A stretch of DNA of 64,000 nt from Halothiobacillus sp. 35-54-62 (lineage in GTDB: Bacteria; Pseudomonadota; Gammaproteobacteria; Halothiobacillales; Halothiobacillaceae). Location: contig NCFS01000003.1 of the NCBI GenBank assembly GCA_002281295.1, forward strand, positions 7,577 to 71,576. The letters are read 5' to 3'. A program made the position numbers and the translations under genes. Positions 11,460 through 20,422 of the stretch are shown piece after piece (the first letter of the stretch is position 1; each line of letters begins with the position of its first letter). The notes under the pieces are model-generated. The model saw only the letters and a list, made by a program, of their open reading frames with translations. It was not told where the DNA came from and ran no database searches.

Positions 11460-12788
11460 TTAAGCGCAGTGCCAGCAGAGTTGATTGCGACCTTGCGCTT
11501 TAGCGGTATACAGCGCCGCATCGGCATGCTCAAGTAGGCTTGTTAGGGTTAAATCGGTGGGTAGCGCGCAGGTGGCGCCAATGCTTACGGTGATGGATAC
11601 GGGGTGCGTCATGCCAATATCAAACAAAGTTGCTTGCACGGCCTCTAAAATGCGCTGGCCAATTTGGGCGGCTTTGTTTTGAGGGGTGTCGTCTAAAATG
11701 ACGACGAATTCCTCGCCGCCTAGCCGGCCGAGTTGATCAATTTCCCGAATTTGTTGCTGCACCGTTTGAATAAATTCTTTTAAGAGCTTATCGCCGGCCA
11801 CATGACCAAATTGATCGTTAATGCGTTTGAAAAAGTCTAAATCCAGAATAAAAATCACCAGCGACTGGTTTAAGCGCAAAAAGCGTTTATGGGCGTGATC
11901 AAGCTGCTCTAAAATTGTGCGGCGATTGGCTATGCCGGTTAATTCATCGGTGGTGGCTCGCCGCTCTAGCTCGCGCTCAAGGGTGCGGCGTTCGGTAATA
12001 TCGCGCCAGATGCCTTCAACGCCCGCATACTTGCCTTCTTCATCGAGGATAAGCGTGCTGCTAATTGAAATGTCGATAATAGCGCCATTTTTGCACTTCA
12101 TTTGGCCGGCAAAATCGCGCACAAAGCCTTGGCTGAGAATGGTTTGTTTTAAATGCTCTCGGTCTTGGGGGTTAGGATAAAAATCACTTGCCGGTTTGCC
12201 AATAATTTCATCGGCCTCAAACCCCAATACGTGCTTGACCGCCGGACAGACATAGCGGGTAATGCCGGCGGCATCGGTGCGATAAAACACATCTTGCATG
12301 GTGTTCATCATGCGTTGAAAGTGCTCTTCGGATTCGCGCAACCGATTTTCCAAGGCATTGCGTTCGGTTAAATCCATAAAGGCAGCCAGAAGGCCAGTTT
12401 CTCCCCTTATCGAATAGGACACGCTCATCATGCCAACCACCAAGAGCTTGCGCCGACAGGTGTAAATTCGGTATTCGCTCACAGGATTGGTGACCTGCTC
12501 CCGTTCAGCCCGCCGCACGCGCGCCAAGACGCGGGGCTGATCTAGCGGATGCAAAAACTCATTAATGGAATGACCCAGTAAATCAGCCGGATTTTTGGCT
12601 TGCATTAAATGCAAAGCGGCCGGATTGGCGTAAAGAAATTTATCGTGGACAACAATAATGACGCTGGTCGGTAAACGATCCAGCGTATCGGGCGGTGCCA
12701 TCATTAAAAAATGATCCATGATGAATGACTCGTGCCTTGATGCGGGTGCATCACTCAATGGTGAGGCAATTTTTCCAATTGTAAGCAA
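11460..12788 (-). CDS. PAS-domain diguanylate cyclase (GGDEF)
   Basis: The C-terminal GGDEF domain has RLGGEEFVVIL and DELTGIANRR. Two PAS-like segments lie upstream. The start is uncertain: TTG at 12788 or ATG at 12719. Confidence 0.85.
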   Translation of the reverse strand: MLTIGKIASPLSDAPASRHESFIMDHFLMMAPPDTLDRLPTSVIIVVHDKFLYANPAALHLMQAKNPADLLGHSINEFLHPLDQPRVLARVRRAEREQVTNPVSEYRIYTCRRKLLVVGMMSVSYSIRGETGLLAAFMDLTERNALENRLRESEEHFQRMMNTMQDVFYRTDAAGITRYVCPAVKHVLGFEADEIIGKPASDFYPNPQDREHLKQTILSQGFVRDFAGQMKCKNGAIIDISISSTLILDEEGKYAGVEGIWRDITERRTLERELERRATTDELTGIANRRTILEQLDHAHKRFLRLNQSLVIFILDLDFFKRINDQFGHVAGDKLLKEFIQTVQQQIREIDQLGRLGGEEFVVILDDTPQNKAAQIGQRILEAVQATLFDIGMTHPVSITVSIGATCALPTDLTLTSLLEHADAALYTAKAQGRNQLCWHCA

Positions 12789-12889
12789 AAAATTAAAATT
12801 GGGTGAAATAAGACGTTTTTTCCTTGATAGACTGGCTATCTCCCCGCGTTGAACGGGGAATTATGGAATTACTTTAGGGATTTTTAAGG

Positions 12890-15103
12890 ATGACTTTTTT
12901 GCTTCCCCCCGATCAAATATCAAGTGCCGCCCCCCGCAACCAAGGGCTGCGGGCAGTGGGTGTGGCCGCGTTATGGCTCCTGTGCGCAGGGCTCACGCAG
13001 TGGGTATTTGCTTTTATGCCCAATCAATCGGTTTACCCCATTTGGCCTGCGGACGCCATTGCCTTGGGTTTTGTGCTGATTTGGGGGTATCGGGTCATTG
13101 TGCCGCTGTTAGGGGTGGTTTTTATTTGGAACTGGGGCGTGGTGGGTCATTCACTACCCTTTTCACTACTTGGCAGCTTGGCTTTGGGTTTGGGCTTTTC
13201 GGTGGCTTTGGGACTGCGCTCTGGATTGCAGCGGGTGATTTCAAGTGATTATGGCCGCCGATTAATTGGTTTTCCGCTAACGGTATTAATGTTATCGAGT
13301 GTGATTACGGTGGTGGGCGTGTGGAAAAATCCGCAATGGACGGCGCATTATCAAACGGTCGGTTTATTTTGGTTGGCAGAATCTATTGCCTTGCTGGCAT
13401 TCACACCCCTGGTTATGGCGTGCTTGCACGAGGGCTGCCGGCCATTAATTGATCAATTATCTAAAACAGCGCAACATTATATTTGGCTGGGCGTTTGGTT
13501 AGCGCTGGCGCTGTTATCTTTGGTGGTTATCGCGGGGTTGCGCCATTGGGGCGCTTTAGATTTTAATGCGCCCAGCTTATTGGGTTTGGTTGTGGTGGTT
13601 TTGGCGGCGCATTCACTGCCCATATTAGTCGCGCGGATGTTAATTGCAGGGTATCTCTCGATTTGGAGCGTGCTTAATGTACTCGTGAATGCCCGAGCAG
13701 GCTGGGAATCGTCCCAGTTGCTTGGCGATCAAGCCTTGGTGTTTGTGGCGGCATTATTGGCGGTCATCGCCATTGAAATGGTGCAGGCTTATCGATTATC
13801 TGAGCAAAAACTCGCCCAGCGATTGCACACCGATCCGCTCACCGGTTTGCCAAATGATTTGGGTTTGGCCCAGCAGTTAGCGCAATGGCCTAAAGAGGCC
13901 AATGGGGACATGCAGCCGATGGTGGTGATAGGCGTTCATTTGCCGGATCTTGAGGAAATTGATGCCTTGATGGGCCACGAACGAAGTAACCGCATTGAGG
14001 AACAGGTCAGCCAGATTTTCGAGCGTCAGGGCATGCGGTCATCGGTCGCGCGGGTGCGCCCGGGGTTATTTGTGGCGTGTTTATCCTCGGTGATTATGGG
14101 CTCGCGCGGGGCAGATTTGGCTGAACAATTAAGAGCCCGCATTGAGTGGGAACGCACTACCAGCGGTGAGGCATTGCGCCATTTGCGGGTGGGGCTTACA
14201 GTGTTTCATCGGGCAAAAACACGGGATATTGGCTTGCTTACCTCGGCGGTGCTGGCCGGGTGCCAGCTTTCACTAACGAATCGCGACCATCCCGTACATG
14301 TTGAAGATGATTTAGCCTGTTTGTTGGATCAGCGCGTGGCTGAACTTTCTTGGGTGCAACGCATGCGGGCTACTTTGAATGGCGATGGGCTGAATGGACA
14401 TTTCATTTTATATGCCCAAACCATTCGCGATACGCGCCACCCCGATGTGAAATCGTTTGAAGTATTGCTGCGCTGGCAAGAGCCGAATGGCGAGATTATT
14501 CCACCCGCAGGGTTTTTACCCATCGCCGAGCGTTATGGATTAATGACATTAATTGATTTATGGGTGTTACAAACCACCTTAACGCAATTGGCCGCCTCGC
14601 CTTGGGTATCGGCCATTAGTAAAGTATCGATTAACTTATCGGGCGCCAGTTTAGTGAGCCCCACGTTAACGCGAGATATTGCGAGCGCCTTAAAGCAAAG
14701 TGGCTGCCGACCGGAGCAAATTTGCTTTGAGATCACGGAAACCATGGTGATTGCCGATACGGTAGCTGCTCGGCAAGCCGTTTTAGCGATTAAAGCGATG
14801 GGCTGCAAAATATCGTTAGATGATTTTGGCACAGGGTTATCAACCTTCTCTTATTTAAAGCGTTTTCCTTTCGATTATTTAAAAATTGATGGTGAGTTTA
14901 TTCGGCATATTACAGATTCCCGCATTGATCGAGCTATTGTGGAATCGATACAAGCCATTGCCTTTGAGATGAATACCATTACCGTGGCTGAGTTTGTTGA
15001 AAATATCCAGCAAATGGAAGTGTTGCGGCAAATTGGCGTTTATTATCATCAAGGTTATGGCATTGCAAGGCCGGTGCCGATCAATGCGTTTTTGATTCCT
15101 TAA
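12890..15103 (+). CDS. Membrane sensor protein with degenerate GGDEF domain and EAL phosphodiesterase domain
   Basis: There are about 8 N-terminal TM segments. The GGDEF-like region (DPLTGLPN) lacks a GG[DE]EF motif. The EAL domain carries EVLLRW, NLS, EITE, DDFGTG, KIDG and HQGY signatures. Confidence 0.85.
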   Translation: MTFLLPPDQISSAAPRNQGLRAVGVAALWLLCAGLTQWVFAFMPNQSVYPIWPADAIALGFVLIWGYRVIVPLLGVVFIWNWGVVGHSLPFSLLGSLALGLGFSVALGLRSGLQRVISSDYGRRLIGFPLTVLMLSSVITVVGVWKNPQWTAHYQTVGLFWLAESIALLAFTPLVMACLHEGCRPLIDQLSKTAQHYIWLGVWLALALLSLVVIAGLRHWGALDFNAPSLLGLVVVVLAAHSLPILVARMLIAGYLSIWSVLNVLVNARAGWESSQLLGDQALVFVAALLAVIAIEMVQAYRLSEQKLAQRLHTDPLTGLPNDLGLAQQLAQWPKEANGDMQPMVVIGVHLPDLEEIDALMGHERSNRIEEQVSQIFERQGMRSSVARVRPGLFVACLSSVIMGSRGADLAEQLRARIEWERTTSGEALRHLRVGLTVFHRAKTRDIGLLTSAVLAGCQLSLTNRDHPVHVEDDLACLLDQRVAELSWVQRMRATLNGDGLNGHFILYAQTIRDTRHPDVKSFEVLLRWQEPNGEIIPPAGFLPIAERYGLMTLIDLWVLQTTLTQLAASPWVSAISKVSINLSGASLVSPTLTRDIASALKQSGCRPEQICFEITETMVIADTVAARQAVLAIKAMGCKISLDDFGTGLSTFSYLKRFPFDYLKIDGEFIRHITDSRIDRAIVESIQAIAFEMNTITVAEFVENIQQMEVLRQIGVYYHQGYGIARPVPINAFLIP

Positions 15104-16209
15104 TTCATTCGATGCCGGAATAACCATCCGGCGGCTGCGAGTGTTACTAACCCGATGATTGCGAGTGGCCAAAATTGATTTTGCAGACTTTGAAATGAGC
15201 TGCCTTCTAAAAAAATACCACGCAAGATAATCATAAAGTAGCGCATGGGGTTGATGAGGGTTAAATCCTGCACGAAAGGCGGCATATTGGCGATGGGCGT
15301 GGCAAAGCCCGATAAAATAATGGCGGGTACCAAAAATAAAAACACGCCTAGTACGGCTTGTTGCAAGGTGGCGGCAAGGGCTGAAATCATAAGCCCGATG
15401 CCAATGGCTGAAAGTAAAAATAATCCCATGCCGATGTACAGCGTGAGTACATGGCCTTCAAACGGTACCGCGAAGGCGTTTACGGCTAGTAAAATAATCA
15501 TGCTGCCTTCTAATAAACCAATCACAAAGCCTGGAATGGCTTTGCCGATCAAAATTTCAACCGGGCGTAGGGGGGTGACCAGCAGTTGATCAAACGTGCC
15601 TTGCTCCCGTTCGCGCGCAACGGATAACGCGGTCACAACCATGACGACCACGAGCATCAAGATGGCCACAATGCCCGGCACGATAAACCAGCGGCTCTCT
15701 AAATTCGGGTTGAACCAGGCGCGGGTGACGATAACCGAAGGCGGTGCGCGCAGTTGATGGCGGGTTTGCCATTGGGTATTAAAGTCGGCAATGAGGGTGT
15801 TGGCGTAGCTTAATGCGATGGCAGCCGTGTTGGAGTTGCGCCCATCAATAATTAGTTGCACGGTGGTGGGTTGGTGGCTGCGTAAATCGGCTTCAAAGCG
15901 CGGGCCGATGGTTAGCACCATGAGGGCTTCCCGGCTATCAATGACGCGTGCGATGTCGGATTCACGGTGGATAGTTGCCACATTTTTAAAATGCCCTGAG
16001 CCTTCAAAGCGCGCCACTAACGCTTGGGCTGCTTGCCCGCCATCTTGGTTATAAATGGCGATGGGGATATTTGAGAGATCAAAGGTGGCGGCAAAAGTAA
16101 AGACCAGGAGTTGAATTAGCGGCGGACCTACAATCACAAAGCGAGATTTGGGATCGCGCAAAAGCGATTGAAATTCTTTGATCGCCAAGGCGATGATTCT
16201 TTGCCACAT
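15100..16209 (-). CDS. ABC-2 type transporter permease (YbhR-like)
   Basis: The 369-aa ORF begins MWQRIIALAIKEFQSLLRDPKSRFVIVGPPLIQLLVF, collinear with the E. coli YbhR N-terminus. It has a large loop followed by 5 C-terminal TM segments. Confidence 0.85.
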   Translation of the reverse strand: MWQRIIALAIKEFQSLLRDPKSRFVIVGPPLIQLLVFTFAATFDLSNIPIAIYNQDGGQAAQALVARFEGSGHFKNVATIHRESDIARVIDSREALMVLTIGPRFEADLRSHQPTTVQLIIDGRNSNTAAIALSYANTLIADFNTQWQTRHQLRAPPSVIVTRAWFNPNLESRWFIVPGIVAILMLVVVMVVTALSVAREREQGTFDQLLVTPLRPVEILIGKAIPGFVIGLLEGSMIILLAVNAFAVPFEGHVLTLYIGMGLFLLSAIGIGLMISALAATLQQAVLGVFLFLVPAIILSGFATPIANMPPFVQDLTLINPMRYFMIILRGIFLEGSSFQSLQNQFWPLAIIGLVTLAAAGWLFRHRMN

Positions 16210-16224
16210 GGGGTGAGCTCCGGC

Positions 16225-17382
16225 CTATTCGAGTGATTTGCGAATTTTGCGACGGCTGGCCGCAATAAAAAAAAGGGCAATCGCGAGCAGGGCGAGTGTG
16301 TTCGGCCAGAGAACAGAGGCAACATCGCCCGCCAAAAATAGGGTGTGCAAAATCACAATGAAATAACGCGCCGAAACAAGGTAAGTTAGGTTTTGTAGCC
16401 AGCCCGGCATGCTGCCGATATCGAAAATAAATCCCGACAACATGAAGGCCGGTAAAAAGGTGGTGATAATCGCAATCAAGCTCGCCACGAATTGATTGCG
16501 CGCCACAATCGAGATAAATAGCCCCATGCCGAGCGCGGTGAGTAAAAACAGGGCGGATGTGAGCACCAATAGCCACCAACTTCCTAAAAAAGGCACGCCA
16601 AACAGCCACACGGCCATCGCAACTGAGAGCGCCATGCCGCCCATGCCGAGCACAAAATAGGGCACCAGTTTGCCGATAAGCAGCTCATTGATGTGCACCG
16701 GGGTGACCATCAGCGCCTCTAGCGTGCCCCGCTCCCATTCGCGCGCCATAACCAAGGCGGTGAGCAGCGCGCCAATCAAGGTCATAATCACGGCGATTAA
16801 TCCCGGGACGAGGTAGTCCCGGCTGCGCAGTTCTGGGTTAAACCAGATCCGCGCGGCCAAAGCTACCGGTTGCGCGGCGGCGGCACTGTGTTCAAGGCCG
16901 GCAGCTTGGGTGCGTGCGGCAAGCCAGCTTTGCCAGCCGGCTTGAATATAGGCTTGGGTGAGCCGCGCCTGATTCGCATCCACCCCATTGATAATCAGTT
17001 GCAGCGGGGCGCTCTGGCTTGCGGTATGCAGTTGGGCTGAAAAATCACTGGGTACATGCACGATGGCATCGACCTGTCGATTGAGCAACCAACGCTCGGC
17101 CGTGGCTAAGTTAGGGGCAATGCGCGGGCTGAAATAGCTCGAATGATTAAACGAGGCCAGCAGCGCGGCGCTTTCCTTATCGGGGGCATCGGCCACAAAG
17201 GCCAGCGGGATGTGTTTGGCATTGAGCGACACCCCGTAGCCAAAAATCAGCAATAAAACCACCGGCAGTAAAAAAGCAATGGCGATACTGGCGGGATCAC
17301 GCAGAATTTGCAGGGACTCTTTGCGAATCAAACCGCCCATGCGCATCCAGCTGCTGCCCCGCCGTGGGGTGGGCGGGCTCAT
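16225..17382 (-). CDS. ABC-2 type transporter permease (YbhS-like)
   Basis: The ORF is open to 17544. The ATG at 17382 forms an ATGA overlap with the upstream ATPase stop and gives an N-terminus ...GGLIRKESLQILRDPASIAIAFLLPVVLLLIFGYGVSLNA, like YbhS. Confidence 0.8.
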   Translation of the reverse strand: MSPPTPRRGSSWMRMGGLIRKESLQILRDPASIAIAFLLPVVLLLIFGYGVSLNAKHIPLAFVADAPDKESAALLASFNHSSYFSPRIAPNLATAERWLLNRQVDAIVHVPSDFSAQLHTASQSAPLQLIINGVDANQARLTQAYIQAGWQSWLAARTQAAGLEHSAAAAQPVALAARIWFNPELRSRDYLVPGLIAVIMTLIGALLTALVMAREWERGTLEALMVTPVHINELLIGKLVPYFVLGMGGMALSVAMAVWLFGVPFLGSWWLLVLTSALFLLTALGMGLFISIVARNQFVASLIAIITTFLPAFMLSGFIFDIGSMPGWLQNLTYLVSARYFIVILHTLFLAGDVASVLWPNTLALLAIALFFIAASRRKIRKSLE

Positions 17383-19199
17383 GCGCCTGCGCCTGCTGGC
17401 TGGGTGGGCGCTGTGATGAGTGTGATAAACGCATCTTCCATGCTGGGATTGGGTGCAGCTTCGGTTTGGGCTTGTGCGCGAATTACGGCGGGCGTGCCTG
17501 CCGCTAAAATACGCCCCTGGCTCATAATCACGAGCCGGTCGCAATATTCTGCTTCATCCATAAAATGCGTGGTAATCATGATGGTGACGCCCAGATCCGC
17601 AAGCCCGTTGATTCGCGCCCAAAAAGCCCGCCGCTCAATGGGATCCACCCCTGAGGTGGGTTCATCGAGAAACAAGATATCCGGCTCATGCATTAAAGCG
17701 CAAGCCATGGCCAGCCGTTGCTTAAAACCTAGGGGCAACAGGCCGCTGTTGGTATCGCGGTATTGGTCAAGATCAAACTCGGCCAAGGCCCACGCGAGGC
17801 GCTGGCTTAAGTGCGCGCCCTTGAGCCCATAGGCACGGGCAAAAAATTTGAGATTTTGCAGCACACTCAATACCTCGTATAACGCGTATTTTTGCGACAT
17901 ATAGCCGATGCGCGCGCGTGCCTTGGCGGCGGCGGTGAATAAATCGACACCAGCCACCGAGAGCGCGCCACCGCTGGCAGGTAGTAGCCCACAGAGCATC
18001 CGAAAGGTGGTGGATTTGCCCGCGCCATTGGCACCGAGCAGGCCAAAAATTTCCCCGCGCTGAACGGAAAAACTAATCGCATTAACCGCAATAAATGCTC
18101 CAAAGCGGCGGGTCAACCCATGAACGGCAATCACTTCGGCAGGGCGCTCACGCGGGGTTGGCTCAATAGGCGGGCTGGCGGGGGGTGCCAAGGCCGGCGC
18201 AGTTTGTGGCGCGGGCTGGCTGTGCAGCATCAGCACAAAGGCATCTTCAAATCGTGGGGGGAGGGGCTGCCACACCCCATCGGGTAACGCGGGCGGCGCG
18301 GTTTGTTCGGCTAAGAGAACCCGCACCCAATCGCCATCGATCACGGCATCAAGGATGCCGGGCTGTTGCCTGAGCTCTGCCTGCAAATGTCGGCGCAAAC
18401 CCTGATGGCGTTTTGCACCCCACACGCGTCCCGCTAAATGTTGGGTGAAGGCGGCGGGGGTGTCTTGTCCTAAAATTTGGCCCTCGTGGAGCAAAATCAC
18501 CTCATCGCAGTGTTCGGCTTCATCGAGGTAGGCTGTAGATAGCAGCACCGTCATGCCTTCTTCCTGCACCAGTTGGATCACAATGGCCCAGAGTTCACGC
18601 CGTGATACGGGGTCTACCCCCACCGTGGGCTCGTCCAGCAGTAAGAGATTTGGCGGGCGCACGAGGGTGCAGGCCAGCCCCAGCTTTTGCTTCATGCCGC
18701 CCGATAGCTGGCCTGCGAGCCGATCGGTAAATGCGCCTAGGCCGGTCATGGCGAGCAATTGTTGGTAGCGGTCGGGGCGTTGATTAAACGGCAGGCCTTG
18801 CAAGTCGGCATAGAGCGTTAAATTTTCTTGAACGGTTAAATCTTCATACAAACCAAAGTGTTGAGGCATGTAGCCGATGCTGGCCTGCACGGTGAGCGGA
18901 TCTTTTTGAACATCAACCCCTAAAACCTGAAGGCTGCCCGCATCCGGGGTGAGTAGCCCGGCCATGAGCCGCATCAGGGTGGTTTTGCCCGCGCCATCGG
19001 GGCCAATCAACCCAACTATAGCGCCCATCGGTACGCAAAATGAGACGTTGTTGACCGCCTGCGTGCTGCGGGGGGCTTTGCCAAAGGATTTATATAGGCC
19101 CTGGATCACGAGGGCCTGGGTTCCGAGAGCCTGGGTTTCGGGGCCCTGGGTTCCGAGGGCCTGGGTATCGTTTTTCAGTAAAAGCGAGGGCATAGGCAC
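17379..19199 (-). CDS. ABC transporter ATP-binding protein with two fused ATPase domains (YbhF-like)
   Basis: There are two Walker A sites (GPDGAGKTT, GANGAGKST) and two signature/Walker B sets (LSGGMKQKL...LLLLDEPT; LPLGFKQRL...ILFLDEPT). The start is GTG at 19199 or ATG at 19193. Confidence 0.9.
   Translation of the reverse strand: MPMPSLLLKNDTQALGTQGPETQALGTQALVIQGLYKSFGKAPRSTQAVNNVSFCVPMGAIVGLIGPDGAGKTTLMRLMAGLLTPDAGSLQVLGVDVQKDPLTVQASIGYMPQHFGLYEDLTVQENLTLYADLQGLPFNQRPDRYQQLLAMTGLGAFTDRLAGQLSGGMKQKLGLACTLVRPPNLLLLDEPTVGVDPVSRRELWAIVIQLVQEEGMTVLLSTAYLDEAEHCDEVILLHEGQILGQDTPAAFTQHLAGRVWGAKRHQGLRRHLQAELRQQPGILDAVIDGDWVRVLLAEQTAPPALPDGVWQPLPPRFEDAFVLMLHSQPAPQTAPALAPPASPPIEPTPRERPAEVIAVHGLTRRFGAFIAVNAISFSVQRGEIFGLLGANGAGKSTTFRMLCGLLPASGGALSVAGVDLFTAAAKARARIGYMSQKYALYEVLSVLQNLKFFARAYGLKGAHLSQRLAWALAEFDLDQYRDTNSGLLPLGFKQRLAMACALMHEPDILFLDEPTSGVDPIERRAFWARINGLADLGVTIMITTHFMDEAEYCDRLVIMSQGRILAAGTPAVIRAQAQTEAAPNPSMEDAFITLITAPTQPAGAGA
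19097..19171 (-). repeat. 15-bp tandem repeat (about 5 units) inside the ABC ATPase 5' end
   Basis: The units are GGCCCTGGATCACGA / GGGCCTGGGTTCCGA / GAGCCTGGGTTTCGG / GGCCCTGGGTTCCGA / GGGCCTGGGTATCGT. They encode TQALG-TQGPE-TQALG-TQALV-IQGLY upstream of the first Walker A. Confidence 0.8.
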
Positions 19200-20249
19200 T
19201 CAGCGCGCAGGATTGGGTGGGGCGCAGGGGGTTTCACCTCGCGCAATGGGCTTGGCGCTTCGGGTAATCTGCACCGTAACCGGCATGCCGAGGCGCAACT
19301 CGTGGTTGGGATTGCAGGCATAAACGCGGGCCTGATAAACCAAATCGGTTCGCACCGTGGTGGTTTCAACCGTTTTTGGGGTAAATTCGGCCGTGGGTGA
19401 AATATAACCCACCCAGCCTTTGAAGGTTTTGCCCGGAAAACTATCACTTATGATTGTGGCGGGCATGCCTTCTTGCACCCAGCCTAAATCCGGTTCAGAG
19501 AGGTACACGCGCGCCCATATCGGATCGGTTAATGCCAAGGTGATAATGGGCTGTGCCGGCGAGGCCATATCTCCGGGCTCAACAATCCGATTGCGCACAA
19601 TGCCCACCGAGGGGGCTTTGAGTGTGGTGTCATCTAAATTAATTTGGGCTGTTTGCACTTGAGCGCGGGCGGCATCCACAGCGGCTTGGGCTTGATGGAT
19701 GTCTTCTACCCGCGTGCCGATAATGGCGAGTTTAAGCGAGGCTTCATCCGCTTGGAGCCTTGCGCGGGCGGCATCCCGCGTGGCGCGGGCCACATCTCGA
19801 TCTTGTGCCGAGGCCATTTTTTGGGTGGCTAAATTGGCAATGCGGCGGTAGGTGGATTCTGCATTGGTTAAATCGGCTTGATCTGCCGCCACAAGGGCGC
19901 GCAATCGTTCGATGTCTTCGGGGCGCGAGCCATGAATGAGCTTGTCCAGCACCGCTTGATTAGCCGCCAGTTGCGCTTTGGCTGCGGCCAGCGCCGCCGC
20001 ATAGCGCCGCGCATCGAGGGTGGCAATGACTTGGCCGGGCACCACCGCATCGCCCACTTGCACCACAATATGCTCAATACGCGCGGCATCATTAAACGCT
20101 AGGTTAACCTGCCGTAAATCGATATTGCCGTACAGGGTCAGCGGGTTTGCGGCGCTGGCGACGGGTTTCTTAAGCCAGTACATTCCAGCCAAAACGCCCC
20201 CAGCCATTACGATCAGGAGCAAAATCAGAATCCGCGCGCGTTTGGGCAT
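19200..20249 (-). CDS. HlyD-family membrane fusion protein (YbhG-like)
   Basis: The 349-aa ORF has an N-terminal TM (ILILLLIVMAGGVLAGMYW), coiled-coil Ala/Gln-rich repeats and a beta-barrel C-terminus. It is the first gene of the four-gene ABC operon. Confidence 0.85.
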   Translation of the reverse strand: MPKRARILILLLIVMAGGVLAGMYWLKKPVASAANPLTLYGNIDLRQVNLAFNDAARIEHIVVQVGDAVVPGQVIATLDARRYAAALAAAKAQLAANQAVLDKLIHGSRPEDIERLRALVAADQADLTNAESTYRRIANLATQKMASAQDRDVARATRDAARARLQADEASLKLAIIGTRVEDIHQAQAAVDAARAQVQTAQINLDDTTLKAPSVGIVRNRIVEPGDMASPAQPIITLALTDPIWARVYLSEPDLGWVQEGMPATIISDSFPGKTFKGWVGYISPTAEFTPKTVETTTVRTDLVYQARVYACNPNHELRLGMPVTVQITRSAKPIARGETPCAPPNPAR

Positions 20250-20422
20250 ACCGTCTCCGGTGGGTTTGGGGTAGTGCGGTATTTTGTCTGGTTAATACTT
20301 AGTCTGTATAGGGTTATTTTTGATTTAATGACGGGCGTGCGGTTCGGCTTTTCTGCTGTTAATCCCCGTAGGCTGTTAGAATGCCCGGCCTTTATTCCCT
20401 TCCGCTAGCGGATACCTATGCT

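Noticed and set aside
16079-16609. 176-aa minus-strand ORF spanning the junction of the two ABC-2 permease genes
   Set aside because: It is an alternative frame of the same strand, overlapping two permease genes that have convincing TM topology and homology. It is Cys/His/Arg-rich and therefore implausible.
20381-20422. Upstream extensions of ORF-track starts for prfC (20381), pyrG (35638), ispD (40014), ispF (40808), rlmC (41394), uvrY (56069), the CYTH gene (55480) and the OMP gene (63967)
   Set aside because: In each case an internal ATG aligns with the conserved N-terminus of the family, usually with a better SD. The extensions overlap upstream genes or promoter DNA and add non-homologous residues.
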